The notes under the pieces: generated by a model
The model's database searches: none
Told to the model about the DNA's origin: nothing
The model's input: the letters and a program-made list of their open reading frames with translations, nothing else
Part shown: positions 39,596 through 51,420 of the stretch, piece by piece
How the letters are laid out: the number at the start of each line of letters is the position of its first letter
How positions within the stretch are numbered: the first letter of the stretch is position 1
Assembly (NCBI GenBank): GCA_002633005.1
Contig: NMRA01000260.1
Span: forward strand, 261,821-325,820
DNA: 64,000 nucleotides
Direction of reading: 5' to 3'
Source: Phoronis australis
Taxonomy: Eukaryota > Animalia > Phoronida
Translations under genes and position numbers: made by a program

Positions 39596-41517
39596 AGGCC
39601 CTTTTCATACTGACTTAAGGTTATCTCCAACCTTATTTAGTGGCCTCCATTCTAACGCGTATATCAAAAAAACTAAGCTTTGTCAACTAGTAAAAGTATA
39701 TATTTTCTGAAAGAACAAAGACCAGGAAATATAAATATACTTTTTGTATTTATGTTCCATTATTATTTTTACGTAAAAACCTTTTTTAAGTCAAAATTTC
39801 ATTTTTAAGAAAGGTACATAACCTCTCTGTCAATTTTAATGAAACCTTTCTATATAAAAACTTTACCAGTTACCTCAAAAACGCTGTTAGGAATTTTAGA
39901 TTAGTCTGTTCATTTGGTTTCTATGACAAATGAACTCGCATAACGTAAGGTATTTTTGTAAAAAGTTGGTCGTATTTTTCTTTGTCACATTACGCAAAAA
40001 CTGGGCCTTTATATCGAAAATCCTAACAGTGTTTTTGAGATTGATGACTAAATATTAAGTTTGGAAAGTTTCAACGAAATCCACCTAGCCGTTTTCAAGA
40101 ACTCGTGTTCCTAAGTTCAAATAAAGTCGATGTGCCGAAGCCGAGAAAAAGCTGATTAAATTGGGACGAGTGAAAATCTCAAAGCCTATGAATTATTTGA
40201 TGAAAACTTGTTTTCAGAACACTAACCTATACAAGCCTTAACTATGTTAGCTATTTCAACATTCACTTGCATTGTCAACTGATTTTGTAGTGCGTAATTA
40301 ACTTAATTATCATTAAAATCTCAAGTAGACTTATCGTTCCCAGCCAACTTTTACTGTTGTTTACAACCTACTTTCTAAGTAGGTCACAGTTCATTGTTGT
40401 ACACACAAGCCTGTACACGTGACGTGCTGGGGACTGATACGAATCCAAGTAAAAAATCGATAACTAAAATCGAATCGGTGGTTAAAGTATGTCGTTTGCA
40501 TGAGATTGAAACATCGAAATGTCAACTTATTAATTGAATTAAGATATTGGGATGAGGATTTATCTCTTTTCACAACTTTTTGTGTACATGGCCACTGAGG
40601 CCTGAGGCGTAGCATTCGTTTTCAATGCTAACAGTCATATGCATGTAGACGCACAATTCCCTTAGTATCAAAACTACATTTTGTCTTTGTTTTCCTTGAC
40701 ACCATTCTATCATAAGTACACCTCGTTGGCTCAATGTTATGGCGACTTTGTGAATGAAAGGACTGAGGGTATATGAAGCTGTTCTGTACCTGGCAGGAGA
40801 TTTAAATTGATTGAAAGCCCTTTAACCTTTGACCTTGGATAAGTAGTAAACAAATATCCACGCGGCTGTGCGGTTCCAAGGTGGTTCTGCTAAATCTTTT
40901 TTCCTCGCTACGCGGTATATATTTTGCATTTGAAGTTCCCCGAGAATGAAGATGAGGTATTTTGATAGACACGTGAAATATTGTAAAAATGGCCAATTTT
41001 TGTGAATGAGGTTGGAGATATCCCTAACTCCGATCTGAGCAGAGAGTGGATGTAAATTGCGAAGTTAAATGAACCGTTCATGCCGGATTCGGTACTTAAC
41101 GAACATTAAAATAAACAGTAGGTGAGGCTGTTGTCATGAAAGTAGTCGCAAGGTAGCGCTAATGCATTGCGTGCTTGCTAAGATTTTTTTAATGTGACAG
41201 TTTGGGAACATTTACTAATTGGCATAAAACATTTCTGATTCAATTGGTGATAATATTCGAGCAAAACATAAACAACTATTAGCGACGACACTGCCCTTTA
41301 ATTGTTGACGATAACAGTGGCCCCAGGCAATAACTTCGATGGGACCGAAGTTGACCGATCACACTGGACCACAAAGTCGACAATCCGCTGTTAAATCCAC
41401 CTGTTGACTTCGAAGTTAACTTGCGCTGTTAACTTCGATCCAGGACTGCAGTTAACTGTTCTTACTGACCGCAACTCCCCAAAACATCGACACGTAGATG
41501 TTAGTATGAAAGGGCCT
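39596..41517. mobile_element. PIF/Harbinger-type MITE (AGGCCCTTTTCATACT / AGTATGAAAGGGCCT, 3-bp TSD TCA) interrupted by a Kolobok-like insert
   Basis: TIRs and TCA on both flanks; related end at ~30840-30863. Confidence 0.75.
39619..41023. mobile_element. Kolobok-like non-autonomous element, full length (TIR GGWTATCTCCAACC; flanks TTAA / CTAA)
   Basis: 14-bp TIRs with one mismatch, purine-purine termini and TTAA target, as expected for Kolobok. Confidence 0.8.
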
Positions 41518-44500
41518 TCAGAGTTTATGCAATCAACCGCGGGTATTCATGTTTCGTCCATAGGTTTTTAGGCTTGGAGTTGTTTGCTACCAGTGCTGCT
41601 GGTTGGCAGTCACAATCTCCAGACCATTGGTTAGCCGTGAAATCTATACAGTCACCATGACTTGACCTTATCTAAATTTGTTTCTGTTATACACTTTTGA
41701 TGGTTGTATTTGACAGTGAAGAATAAATTTTGTCAATTCAGAAGTTGGTACCAACTGCAAGCACTGCTTTGCTAAGGTGAGGAGATACAGTGACCCTCAA
41801 AACTGTTGGGGAGAGGCTTGGGGAGATGAAGGTTTGATTGAGTAGTCAAGTGGCACACCCAACTGGTCATTCATAAATAATACTTAAAACTGTCATCCCA
41901 AGAGATCATTTAATCAGGCTTAAGTTACTTTCCTCTGACCTTTCACTTTGGTACCCAACATCATGAATTGCAGTTATGCTTGTATTTCCATTTTTTAAAA
42001 AAGTTTGTGTGCTTCAGAATTTGGGAGTTTCGTTTACTGAGTGAGCTCATTACCATTGCCAACATGTTGTTTCTGGCAGTCTTAGTATGTTAGTTGAGGG
42101 ATTGAAAATAATGGATTGGATACAAGGCTTTAGAGGGAATTAGAGCTATTGGGTTATTTTCAGTTTTAGGGCAGAAAACACTATTTTGCTGTGATTGAGG
42201 AGATGGGATAGACTTCTTTAATTTGTTAGCTTTGCCCAGAGTAATAAAACGACAAGATCAGTTGGTGTTTTTCATTTTAGTACAAATCCCTAATTCTATC
42301 CGTTGTCTGCCAGACATTCGCTGAAATCAAGATCGGTATCTTTAACATTTTTAATGCCCTTAAAATATGCTTTCATTGAAAGTAATGGTAGTTGTTACAT
42401 TTTCAATTGACATTGAAACAATGTGCTCATGATACCAGTATAAGTTATGACATCACGTGGGTCAAATCCATCATCAGAAGGATGATTGAAAACTTAACAA
42501 ACGAGGGGGCTTAGTAAGAGTAGAGTTTTAAAAATGCATAAATCACATTTAAATTGCAAATCGTGCAATCTGACATCCACCAGGCACACTCCGGTGTACT
42601 CAGTTTGTAGATGTAAGTCTCTGGACTGCTTATGAGAGGACATTACTTCAGTGCAGAATAGCAGTATAGTCGTCTAACCTTTTTTTAAGAGGAAGCATGG
42701 ACCGTGAGTTGTTTTTTCTATGGTCTTATGAAAATTTTGCAAAAATGAGAACTTTATTTAAGTTAATGCAATCTTAGGATAAAATAATGATGGTCAAGAC
42801 AGTAGCTGTGTTGGATTACATTGCATTCAGTTGACCTTTGTGAATTTCATTATAGATATATTGATCACTGGTAATATTGCTATTTCCCCGACAATGTCAT
42901 CCTGTTGCATAAACTAGCAAGTTTGATTTAATTTTGGGACTGTCACAAAATTCGAGTCATGAAATAAGCGAGTTAGCACAGTTCGTTTCCCACGGTTATA
43001 CAGTGGTCAGAAGGGAGTTTGTAGGTTTTGTTTTTGATTCATTTTCAACCGCTTCATTCTCAGTTGCCCATTCATTTTTCACGAATTGTATAACTTTTTT
43101 TCATTGCTACTCCTAACACTTCTTTAAATACGTTATTTGAGTGGCAGATACGCGAGTAGTTTATAACAATTTCAATTAATTTCAATTACGTGGCTTATCT
43201 TTATCATCTGGTTTCTGGCCTTTTGATTACCATTTTCCCTTTAATAAGCCTGTTTATTTTACAACCTCTAGCCAAGAAAACATTACTCAGATTTTAGTTT
43301 ATAGCTCAAATCTAGGGGTCATCAAATGTGAACTTGGACTCAAAACTCGTATGCATAAACCATTATGTACTCGGGCACAGAATTTTAGATACTTGACTTT
43401 AGTTCACACAAAAGTAGATTTAGAAAATGCCAAAAATGGTTTTCAAGTTCAATTTTGAATAAAATGTTTAGACCCTGGGGCCTAGAAATCAGTACACTAG
43501 CAGAATAAATCGTATAATGTATTTGAAGTGTGAAGCCTCATGGTTGGCCTACTTTTATCAGTGAGAAACTGCGAAGATAGCTTATGAATTTCATTTGTTT
43601 AATTTCATTTCTTTCAATTTTGGTGTCAGAATGGCATTTTAAACATGTGATAATGCTCCCATGAATTAAATGTATTCTTGAAATGATGCAAAAATGCAGT
43701 TTCCCACGGACACTGGGATTTCCAATTTAGTAGTGTTCTTCACGAAGTCTCGGAAAATCATAGAATGCTGTTTGAATGCATGCATTCAGTGTTCCAGTTA
43801 GACGTTTTATACTTTTTCAGTGGTCTTCCTACATCTTTAGTTAGAACTTTCCATCTTACTAGAGAGTTTGTTGCAATTGGTTTATTAGGCCAAAAATAGC
43901 ATAATTGGCCTCTTCTTTTTTAATTGATGTTACGTAATATTTTTAGTTGTCTGTATTTTTCAAAGACAAAAGTCACCTGTTGTCACCTGAAATGGCTCGG
44001 AAAACTAATCTTTTTTCCCCGGCTGTGGTAATGGGTCAGGTTCCTGCTGTCGTTTTTACCACAAGGTCACCTGATGCTGAAATAAGTCGGAACACTTTGA
44101 AGAACAGGTTTCAAAATGAGTCCTGCCAGACTAGAACAATTATATGTTATTTTGGCTTCAGTTATATCTTGACGTATCGCTATGGTGATACGTAGGCCTA
44201 TTATGGTCAGAGCCTTATAGCCATTTTGTGGATCAATTACTGTGCAGCCAAATGATATGTGTCGTGCTTAATTTTTTTGCTTAAATCTGTTGTTCGTTTC
44301 AGTTCTTCAATTGACATGGTGTATAAACTTGTGGATCTGTCAAATCTTGTTTATCCTCTGTTCTGTTGCATTATGCATGATTCTGTCACAAAAATCAATG
44401 CAGCATGATCTATTAGTATGTACCAGTTGTATAGTATGAATTGTGATTTTGGTTCTGTGCCTAAATTCACTAAAAGGAAAATTATTGTTCAGAGATTAGT

Positions 44501-44706
44501 GCTTAACTGACCAGGTACTGTCTCCTCTGGCACTTATGTTGAAATATGTACTATTTGATTTCTCAGTGAAGTCCTTGACACCTGAATGCCCATTTGGCTT
44601 AATCTTGCCTGTGGCGTTTTCAATTGACAGTGACATCTATTTTGCTCTTACTGAACTAGACTGCTGGTTATCCCTTCCAGTAAATGTTGGCTATGTCTGT
44701 TTTCAG

Positions 44707-44785
44707 ATCGTGAGCTACACGGCTTTGACAACGAGGGTCTGGACTTCAAACAGCTCGAACAGTATTTGTCGGGAGATGCTGAGAT
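44707..44785 (+). CDS. MYRF: MYRF-family gene, coding exon 2 (DRELHGFDNEGLDFKQLEQYLSGDAE + AT; phase 1 to 2)
   Basis: TTTCAG acceptor, GTAAGT donor; 79 nt bridges the phases exactly; LDFKQLEQYL matches the MYRF IDTSILEEYI motif. Confidence 0.85.
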
Positions 44786-45701
44786 GTAAGTACTGTTTTC
44801 TGCTTTTCACACCAGGTGGGGTGAGCACATAGAAAGAAGGAGAAAACCCAAGCCTTGGTAAAGGTAGATTTTCAACACTGATTACCCTTGGGTTGTGATT
44901 TTTTTGGATTTGAAATTAAAAAGGGAAATGTTGCTCTTTAAGAAGATGTACTTTTGTCATCTTAAATCATTTCATAGGTAATGCGTCTTCTAAAATTTGT
45001 CAATATAATACTTTCCCGAAATTAGACATCTGGTGGTAGTCTTAGTTACTGTGTTTTCAGGTATGTGCTTTGAAGTTTAGGTTACATTTCAAACGAAAAA
45101 ATTTTAGAGTCCGTTCATTTGTCAAAACACTTGGATAGGATACATTTTTGCTACATATTTATCGTCCAATACAAATTTCTCAGAGAAGTCTATTCTTTAC
45201 TTCTGCTGGCCCTAAAAGGAAAACACAATTTGTGGTAATTAAGTTACTTATGCAGCAGGGGGTAACGGGAAAGGGTGGTTTTGTGGTGCTTGTATTGCTA
45301 TTGAAAAAGGTGTGACATACATGTCATCCAATACAGGAATTACCTATTTGTTTCTGTAGTGCTACAGCACCAAAATGATATGTATTGTATTTTACTCTTA
45401 AACCAAGAATTTCACGAACTTGAGGACATGCTTACAAAGTATCCAATCTGATGGCATTAGCGTGTATGTTTTTGTCATTTTTACTCATTTGAAACAAAAA
45501 AGCAAGTTTGTTTTTCTGTGTTTTTTTAAAGGAGAATGCCACCCGATTTAATTAGTCTTTTTTACCGTCTTAATCGGCCTATATCCCCATCACCTCGTAT
45601 ATGGTCGATCTTACCTCGCCGAGAGGTGTCACGTTAACCTGTGAGGAAGGTCAGAAATGACGCAGCGACGTCAGTGGTTGTTCTGCAGAGTTAGTGTCGC
45701 T

Positions 45702-46008
45702 ATGGTGTGGTGTATCGTTCCCGCTTATGCGAACTATGAACCTGTGAGGAAAGCGGGTATATCTTTTTTTCAATTTTCTTGAGAGCCCATAATGCTTCGG
45801 AAGTGGCTCGCGGTAATGTAAAACGAAAAGTACGCCGTTAATACCAAGTGTGTGGCCGTGAAACTTCTCAGTGTGTCAGTACCGGGCCGGCATTTCGCCG
45901 ACAGTGATTTGACTGACGATCGAATGCCGGATTACCAAACACCTCATGCCAGGGCAGAGAAAGAGGCTGCTGCTGAATTCAGATGTTGTGCCTAGTTTGT
46001 TTGCGTTT
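45702..46008 (+). pseudogene. Degenerate THAP zinc-finger (transposase N-terminus)
   Basis: MVWCIVPAYAN..GISFFQFS*..LRKWLAVM*..RHFADSD..KRLLLNSDVVPSLF follows the THAP order (C-V-P, SFFxFP, W, HF, AVP) with stops and frameshifts. Confidence 0.75.
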
Positions 46009-46109
46009 GACAGGCAGTTGACAAAGAAACGCGGATTGGTTCTTGATTAGTTTGATTGTGGAGATCATAGTGGGCCATGAAATTCAAGGCGTGAGAACAT
46101 AACGTTTTA

Positions 46110-46453
46110 AATCAGTAACCTGTTTGACTCGTTTGTCAGGCTTCTGTTTGGTTCGCTGGGCGTAGGATGTTTTCGCCAGTTCTTTGTCTCAGCGGCCTTA
46201 AAACATCATAAACACATCTCTGTTCAGATGCAGTACAAAATCAGGATGGTCCGTGATACTCATCTACTCTTCTTCAAGAAGGTGTTTCACTTGCGGAATT
46301 TCGTGGCAGCAATCACAAGCGTCAGTCATTTCCATTATCGTGACACCATAACAAGTCATTCAAACGGTTTTTGGAACTACGTGTCTTTGCATTTTCACAG
46401 AGCCTCCATAGTATTTCTTGATCAGTGTATTCCGGTTCGAACTGATATTCTGG
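46110..46453 (-). pseudogene. Degenerate KolX / P2X7 cytoplasmic-ballast-like Cys-rich protein
   Basis: PEYQFEPEYTDQEI..NRLNDLLWC..MEMTDACDCCHEIPQV..SITDHPDFVLHLNRDVF matches the PYxFEP / WCxC / CxCCxE / ITxHxxF motif order. Confidence 0.7.
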
Positions 46454-49400
46454 GAAACCTAACGATCGACCTGAGAAGTCTTCGTTGGATGAGCATTCGT
46501 CTTAGTCGGGATTACGAGTTGCCACGTTGACCTTTATTATTATGCGTTCTGTTTCAGAATGAATTATTCTCACCCTAGCAATGCTTATATAAACCTTAAA
46601 CAAAGTCTGTCTAATTAGATACAACTTGTAATGCCTTGGAGTGTTCCTGAGTGTAGATGCTTTGAGAAACCAGCAATGAGAAATCACTGCGTTATCGGCT
46701 TTATATGCAATAAACTAATTGACCTGGTACCGAGGCCGCGTATGAGCGCATCATGCTAATTCAGTGCTTGCTGACAGAAAGCTGATACGAAACAATAACT
46801 CGATTTTATATCCTATGGTCAGATATTAGGGGAATCTTTATTTAGGTATTCATATACATTATTCAAATCATTGTTGCTATACAACCCCTGCCCTGACAGT
46901 TCTGTGGAAGGGTAACCTGACTTCGTGGCCCCGGCGATCTAGTAAGTAGATTTGCAGTTTCGCGGCTAATTCACCAAAACAATCACCTGCACATTATTGC
47001 TTTGGCTCACTAGTATAGTCTTTTCGTGAATGGAAGTTTACATTTAGTTTCCAACTTTGGCTGGTTTATGTTGGTGATGTCTTCAGTACAGCCACAATGG
47101 ACCTGATGGGGTTCTGAGCCACTGGCTGAGACAGCAAGCGTTATGTGTTTAGAACAAAAAAATTACAACACATAGCTATCTTCTCCTGTCTGTATTTCAC
47201 AGACGAATAATTCTAATTTGTCACTGAACAGAAACCAAACTCCCACTACCGACCTTGGTAAATTGGCTTACCGAACTCTGTAGGCCACGGTACCTTCAAA
47301 TACCTAAAAATCCGTAACAGCGAAATAAGTTAACACGATTGTTCAATAACTCAATTTATTTGTAAGGGGTTTTCATCGAATTTTGATGGTTTATTGGTGT
47401 AAAACAATGAATTCAAGCAAAAAGCTGACACCAGTAAGTGTGTTGTGAACTGCTGAACAGACTGCATTCGAACCTCCGACATCATTGGTTGATTTCAACA
47501 CCTCTGTGTGCCGTCGGGTGTCAGGTAACAAAGCTTTACTTGCTGTTATTTAGTGCAACTACTTGATCTAAATTGATACAAAATAGGTTTTTTGGGTGGC
47601 ATTCTCCTTTTAGAATAAACAACAGTGGTTGCCATGAGTACTGTTATTGCATATTCTCGAAATACAGATTACTGGGTTTGCATCAACAGGTTTTGACCCT
47701 GCTGTTTTGCCCTATTTCTGAGTGGCCAGTGGGTGTTGTTCATTACCCTGTTGTTGTGTTGTTCAAGCTGCAGTACCACTCTGCTGCCAGTACTAGTTTC
47801 AAGGCTTCTAAAATTTCATGCATTTCCTTTGGCTAAGGTTTTGTTGTTGGGGATATGATGTGGTTGTGACCAACACTGCCAGTGGTCTGCTGTTGTATCC
47901 CAAATATTCATATGCCAGAATTCGTTCAGCCCTACAATGTTCAGTCTAGAATTTAGTAGGACTTGTACTAAGCAGTGTGTCCTGCTGTATAGGAATTTCT
48001 AAATTGCAGAACTACAATCATAGTGTTTCCCCCTAAATCAGCCACTTGAAAATTGTTGTTTGGAAATCCACTATCACTATAGCAACACAGTAATTTTAAA
48101 ACTTTAATAAAGATGGCACCATTGACTCCATCATAAAAACATCAATGCTCGTAAAGCACTCTGATCCATTGTCTTTTGCCAAGACCATATCAGTTATGGG
48201 CCTGCCCAGAACTTCCAAATTGACCTATTGCCAGGATTTTGAGTGACGGCTTAACAGACCAATTGAAAGGCATCATTCTTGACATACTTTTGTTTCCGAG
48301 CCACCATTTTACCCGACAAACAACATGTTGCCAGGTAAACCTTATTGATTGTTGACATTTCGCAAGGGGGCGGAACTTGCGATAGGTCAATTCCTATACA
48401 TCTGTGGCTGGGTGCTTATGGTTAGATTAAGCTTCAGCAAAATGAAGACCAGGCTGGTCTGGGAACCGTGACCTGCCCTTGACCTCTTGTAACCCTGTGT
48501 GACATATATTTTGCTACAAGCATTGCGCAGCATTTTGGATGTTGAAGTATTTTTCTGAGACTTTTGACATTTAGTTATTCTCTTTATATTTGGCTGAATT
48601 TGTGTGACCAAACTCAACAGGTTTGGTGGTCCGTTTTTTGTTATAGACGCCTTCTGTCCCAGTTTTCTTATTTTAAGCTGCGTTTCACATCATCCTGCCA
48701 TGGCTTCAGATTGTCCTGCTTTCTGTCACACGTGACATTATTGACACATTCTCATTGGTGTGTTAATGCTGCCTGCATATTGCCATACTTGTCTACACTA
48801 TTTCCCTGTTGGCATTTCATGGGCATGATGTTTCTTTATGTTCTGCTGGACATTTCCCATTTACAATATGCTGGGTTGTTGGCAACTGTGGTGTTGAGAA
48901 GGGTAGTTACAAATAACGTTTGCATGTTGTACATGCCACTGAGAGGTAGAGACCTCTCGTAGGCAGTACTAATGATTGTGGAATACCATGTTCACGAAAG
49001 GACTTCAGTCTATCATGTTGGTACTTGTGTAGTTTTCACGTTAATTGCTTTTGAAAATATTCATGCTATTATGTAGGACCCTAGTAAAATGTTGAACATA
49101 TCTCAAGAAATGGCTTTTTGTATTCATATGAAACTTTATACATACTGTGTGCTTCATGAATTGTTTTTCATAATGCTACTAGGAATTGTTTTTAAAATGT
49201 TCCACTTTCTCATGAGGGGTATCAAAAATTGGATTGTTATAGATTTTATGAAAGAATATTTATTAAAAACTTAGCATTTTTGGTTATCATCCTGAAAAAT
49301 TTACATCAATGAAATTTAGTTGTGTTATTGATATTGTGGTTTTCCTATGACTGTACCTTAAGAAGTTTCTTACTGCTAAAGTTTACTAAAAAGGTGATTT

Positions 49401-50184
49401 CATCAAATCAGAAGGTATCTAAAATTGAGCTATCAATTCAGAACATAGTATCAACACATGAGAACACTTACTTCATGTTTACACTCTGAAATGATTTTAA
49501 CTCATTCTAATATACCCTCCTACTAAGGGATGTCCACAATTAAAAAAGCCTCCTGTCAGTGGTTTACATGTTCTGTTGCATGGTAACTGCTAATTTATAT
49601 ATCCAGCCAGTAGCTGACACCGGCTGTTACGGCCCTGGTTTATGGCAGACATGTTCTTCCTGTGATTTGCATGCTGGTTCAGTTACTGGCTTTGAAAATT
49701 AATTCCTTTGGGAGGAGTTGTGATCCGTAGCAGGGTACATAAGACTGGGTGATCCGTAAATGGAAACTAGGGTGATAGAGTGTTGTCATCAGTTTTGTAA
49801 TATGTGATTAATTTTAATTGCACCTGCCATACAGTCAGTGTCCAGCTGTCCACCCCTGGGAACCTGGATGCATTACAGTCTATGTTATTTATTTGTTTAA
49901 TATTATTTCAGTAAATGTTGGTGAACTGTTGCCTTAGAAAGATTTAACATGGTTTTAGGGTTTTGATTTTTTACTCTGGGAGTTATTCTTCATTCGGTGT
50001 ATTTGTGGATGTTTATTTTGTTCATAAATTCTACATAAATTATTGAAATGAGGAAAATATGAAACGACCTAGAAGAGGATCAATGTTACTAGAGTTCCTG
50101 TGAGTTCATAATGGTCAAGTAAGGCTATGTCAAACCTTATGTAGTGACCTTCATTCTAAGTCTATTACCAAACAAATAGATGCT

Positions 50185-51420
50185 GACTAGTAAAAGTATA
50201 TATTTTCTCAAAGTAGAAAGACCAGGATTATAAAAATATGTTTGCTACTATTCTACCCGTTTTGTTTTCATGTCTACCTGTTTGGAGTTTTTATTACTTG
50301 GTTACTTTGAATTTTAAGTTAAATTAACTTACAAAAATAACATGTGTCTATGAAAAACAGTACTCGTTACAGCAAATGGACATCAAATTGAGAAATCATA
50401 ACAGAGTGTTTGAGATTGATAGACAAATGAAAATGCTCTGAAGAGCGACACATCACCTTTAAATATATATTTAAAGAAATAAATATTTAAAGGTGAGGTG
50501 GATGACAAAGCCAACGTATTAGATATTCCATGATGAGATCTATTGAGATGCCAAATTTGAAAAGGTTCAGTCAAAGGATGGCGGAGCTTGAGCTTTGCAA
50601 ACAATTCAAAAATGGCAGTCACAGCGCCATCTTGTGTCACATTTCACCCAAGAACAAAAGACCTCGGGCTATTGACTAAGTACGTCTGTTTGTAAATTTC
50701 ATGTAGATCAAACCAAAAGTGCAATCTCAAACACAATATGATAGGCTAACAAAGGGCAGCTATAAATAACTAGTCAACAAAAGAATATTAATCATCTGAG
50801 CAGGTTTTTGCAATGCTGATAGTGCTTGAAAATATCTATCCACATACCAAATCTCAGACAGATCCATCAAGGGATGTCGAAAAAACAGCACAAAAACTCA
50901 GTTATTTGGAGATCAGTCCTTGGAAAATCTCAAATAACTCAAGAATGATAAGAACTAGAGATAAACAAATGCGACACTGTGATATTTGGAATGATTTGTC
51001 CACACCATGAAAAATTAGAGTGCGACCAGAAACAGTGGAGCTATGGCTTCGCAAACAAAAAAGGCCACCACAGCGCAATCTTGTATCCGATTTCAACAAA
51101 AAAAAACAATAGACTTCAAGCTATCCATGGAAAGCTGTGAACCGATGGGGGCTTCCCTCATTGTAAATATTACATTAAAAAAAGAAATGTGTAAATTTCG
51201 CGTTGATCTGATAAGAATTGTGATCTGCAGCGTGCAAATGAGAAACAAACAAAAAAATGATGACAAAGCAACATACTTGAAGACATTTCATTTCAATGAC
51301 TAATAATGACATTGGAAAGTTTCTTTGAAAATTACCGAGCCATTTTTGGGAATTTGTGTTCCTAAGTTCAATCAAAGTCATTTGACTGGAACCGAGAAAG
51401 GCGGCATACATGAGGACCTT
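50185..51420. mobile_element. Decayed relative of the 39619-41023 family, with further inserts including a LINE tail at 51124-51183
   Basis: ACTAGTAAAAGTATATATTTTCT shared with ~39685; TTGGAAAGTTTC...GTTCCTAAGTTCAA shared with ~40060-40120. Confidence 0.55.

Larger units (their letters stand above)
45530..47608. mobile_element. Kolobok DNA transposon, internally deleted (TIR AGGAGAATGCCACCC; flanks TTAA / TTTA)
   Basis: Perfect 15-bp TIRs; THAP remnant on + and KolX/P2X7-C-terminal-like remnant on -. Confidence 0.88.

Noticed and set aside
44816-44862. Exon-like segment just after MYRF exon 2
   Set aside because: Would need a ~30-nt intron, and joining it to exon 3 creates a TGA stop.
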